From the NCBI GenBank assembly GCA_002633005.1, contig NMRA01000499.1:1-64000 (forward strand): 64,000 nucleotides of DNA. The letters are read 5' to 3'. The translations under genes and the position numbers were made by a program. Below are positions 62,465-64,000 of the stretch, piece after piece; the stretch's first letter is position 1; each line of letters opens with the position of its first letter. Below the pieces are notes generated by a model. It was not told where the DNA came from. It saw only the letters and a program-made list of their open reading frames with translations, and did not search any database. The stretch is from Phoronis australis. Lineage: Eukaryota > Animalia > Phoronida.

Positions 62465-64000
62465 ACGCCTGCATATTTATATGTGGGTGCATATTGCAGT
62501 CATCTCTGTCTGGGTGTCCTAAACCCTCACAGGATCTTGATGAGATTTAACAGATGTGTTTCTATGAAGCTGACGACAGATGACCACGAATTTCGGACAT
62601 CTCTGACTACCGGTGTTCCCCTATTGGCAATTTTAATTTTGTACGTTTTCCTCTGTATCTTCAAAGGTCCTCAACGGATTTTTATGCACCCACATATTTA
62701 TATGTGGACGCATTATGCCGTCATCTCTGTCCGTCCGTCCAGCCGTCCGGCGTCCGCTGCTCTATTTCGGAAACAGTTCAACGTATGTTCATGGAATTTT
62801 GCCCACATGTTCCGTTCACGCATGGGACGGAATGAACGAACTTTTGGACGGATCCGACTACCGATGTGCCCCCTGATGGCAATTTTAGTTTTTACGTTCT
62901 GTATCTTCAAAGGTCCTCAACATACTTTCATAAAATTTGGCGTATAGAGATCTATTAAGGAGATGACGCTATCCTTTCGTTTTCGGGTGGATTCGATGTA
63001 GTGTGCGCCACCTGGTGGCCATTTTTACTGTTTTTGGCGTCAGCAGCTCTGTCAACCAAACCACTCTAAGGATGATTGTGAAAATTGCCAAATGCTTTCG
63101 TACTGTGAAGAGGACGGCTGACGATGATTTTCCGACTTCGACTACTGTGGCGCACCCTAGTGGCGGTTTTGTATGCGGCTGTATCTCCTAAACCCTCTGC
63201 AGGATCTTTACTAAATTTAGCAAGTGTATTTATATGAAATTGACAATGGACGACGACGACTTTCGGATGGATCTGACTACCGGTGTTCTCCCTAGTGGCA
63301 ATTTTAGTTTTTTACGTTTACCTCTGTATCTCCAAAGGCCCTGAACTGATTATCATAAAATTTGAAATATAGGCATCTATAGGTGAAATGACACTGTCCT
63401 TCCGTTTTCTGACGAATTAGAAGTGGTCATTTTTGCTGTTTTCAAGACTGTTTTGGCGTTCTTCCATCTATCAATCAAACCAATCTGAGGATGATTTTGA
63501 AAATTGGCGTGTGTGTTCTCAGTGTGAATAGGACAGTTGATGACTACTTCGACTACTGTGTCGCCTCCTAGTGGCAGTTTTGTTTTGTTTTCCGCCCATA
63601 GCTGTATCTTGAAAACTCACTGCAGAATCTTTATGAAACTCAATAAGTGTAGGTAACAACAGACGGCGACGACTTTCAGACGGATGCGACGAACGCTGTG
63701 CCCCCTAGTGTCAATTTCATTTTTTCCGTTTTCCTTTGTTTCGCTGAAGTTCCTAGTAAGATTTTTTTTTGAAATTTCTTAAGTAGCTCTGTATTAAAAA
63801 TGATGACAGGTTCCATATTTAGGATGGTTTTGGCGAATTTTGGGCCAACTAGTGGCCATTTTTATTATGCAAATAAACAACCCCAGTAGCACATCGTTTG
63901 TGGTGCATTCGTGGGCGCATTTCAACGCTCCTCGTTCTTGTCATAAAATTTGGCAGTTGGGCATTTGTTAGTGAGATGACGCTATCCTCTCGTTTTTGGA
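62465..64000 (+). mobile_element. HINE/DINE-1-like element(s), same family, in intron 20 of copy B
   Basis: TTTTTATGCACCCACATATTTATATGTGGACGCAT at ~62679, then CCGTCCGTCC and tandem units. The 3' subterminal IR GTGGGCGCAT at 63911 is complementary to the 5' end. Confidence 0.65.

Overview
This is AT-rich, intron-containing animal (invertebrate-type) genomic DNA, not prokaryotic; most ORFs in the six-frame track are exon fragments or noise. Splicing by hand with phase-consistent introns gives two tandem, same-strand (+) paralogs about 33.7 kb apart. Copy A (1027-29484) has 21 exons, a 4599-nt CDS and 1532 aa. Copy B (34725 to beyond 64000) shows exons 1-20, with the last exon outside the window. 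The predicted protein is secreted: signal peptide, pro-region ending in a furin site (RVRR/S), a beta-rich region, TWO tandem Hedgehog N-terminal (Hedge/HH_signal)-like domains each with a 4-Cys insert, a bacterial-type peptidase M15A (D-Ala-D-Ala peptidase)-like domain, and a Cys-containing C-terminus. I see no Hint/Hog domain, no cadherin/VWA repeats and no transmembrane segment, so it is neither Hedgehog nor Hedgling. All three LAS-fold domains have degenerate Zn sites, and the paralogs differ most in the Hedge-1 loops. Introns and intergenic DNA carry L2/CR1 and Tx1 LINE fragments, hAT and other TIR MITEs (one nested), Helentron/HINE-like elements rich in CTCF-like motifs, a satellite upstream of both copies and a possible DIRS relic. 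Domain calls come from visual motif alignment, not from database searches.
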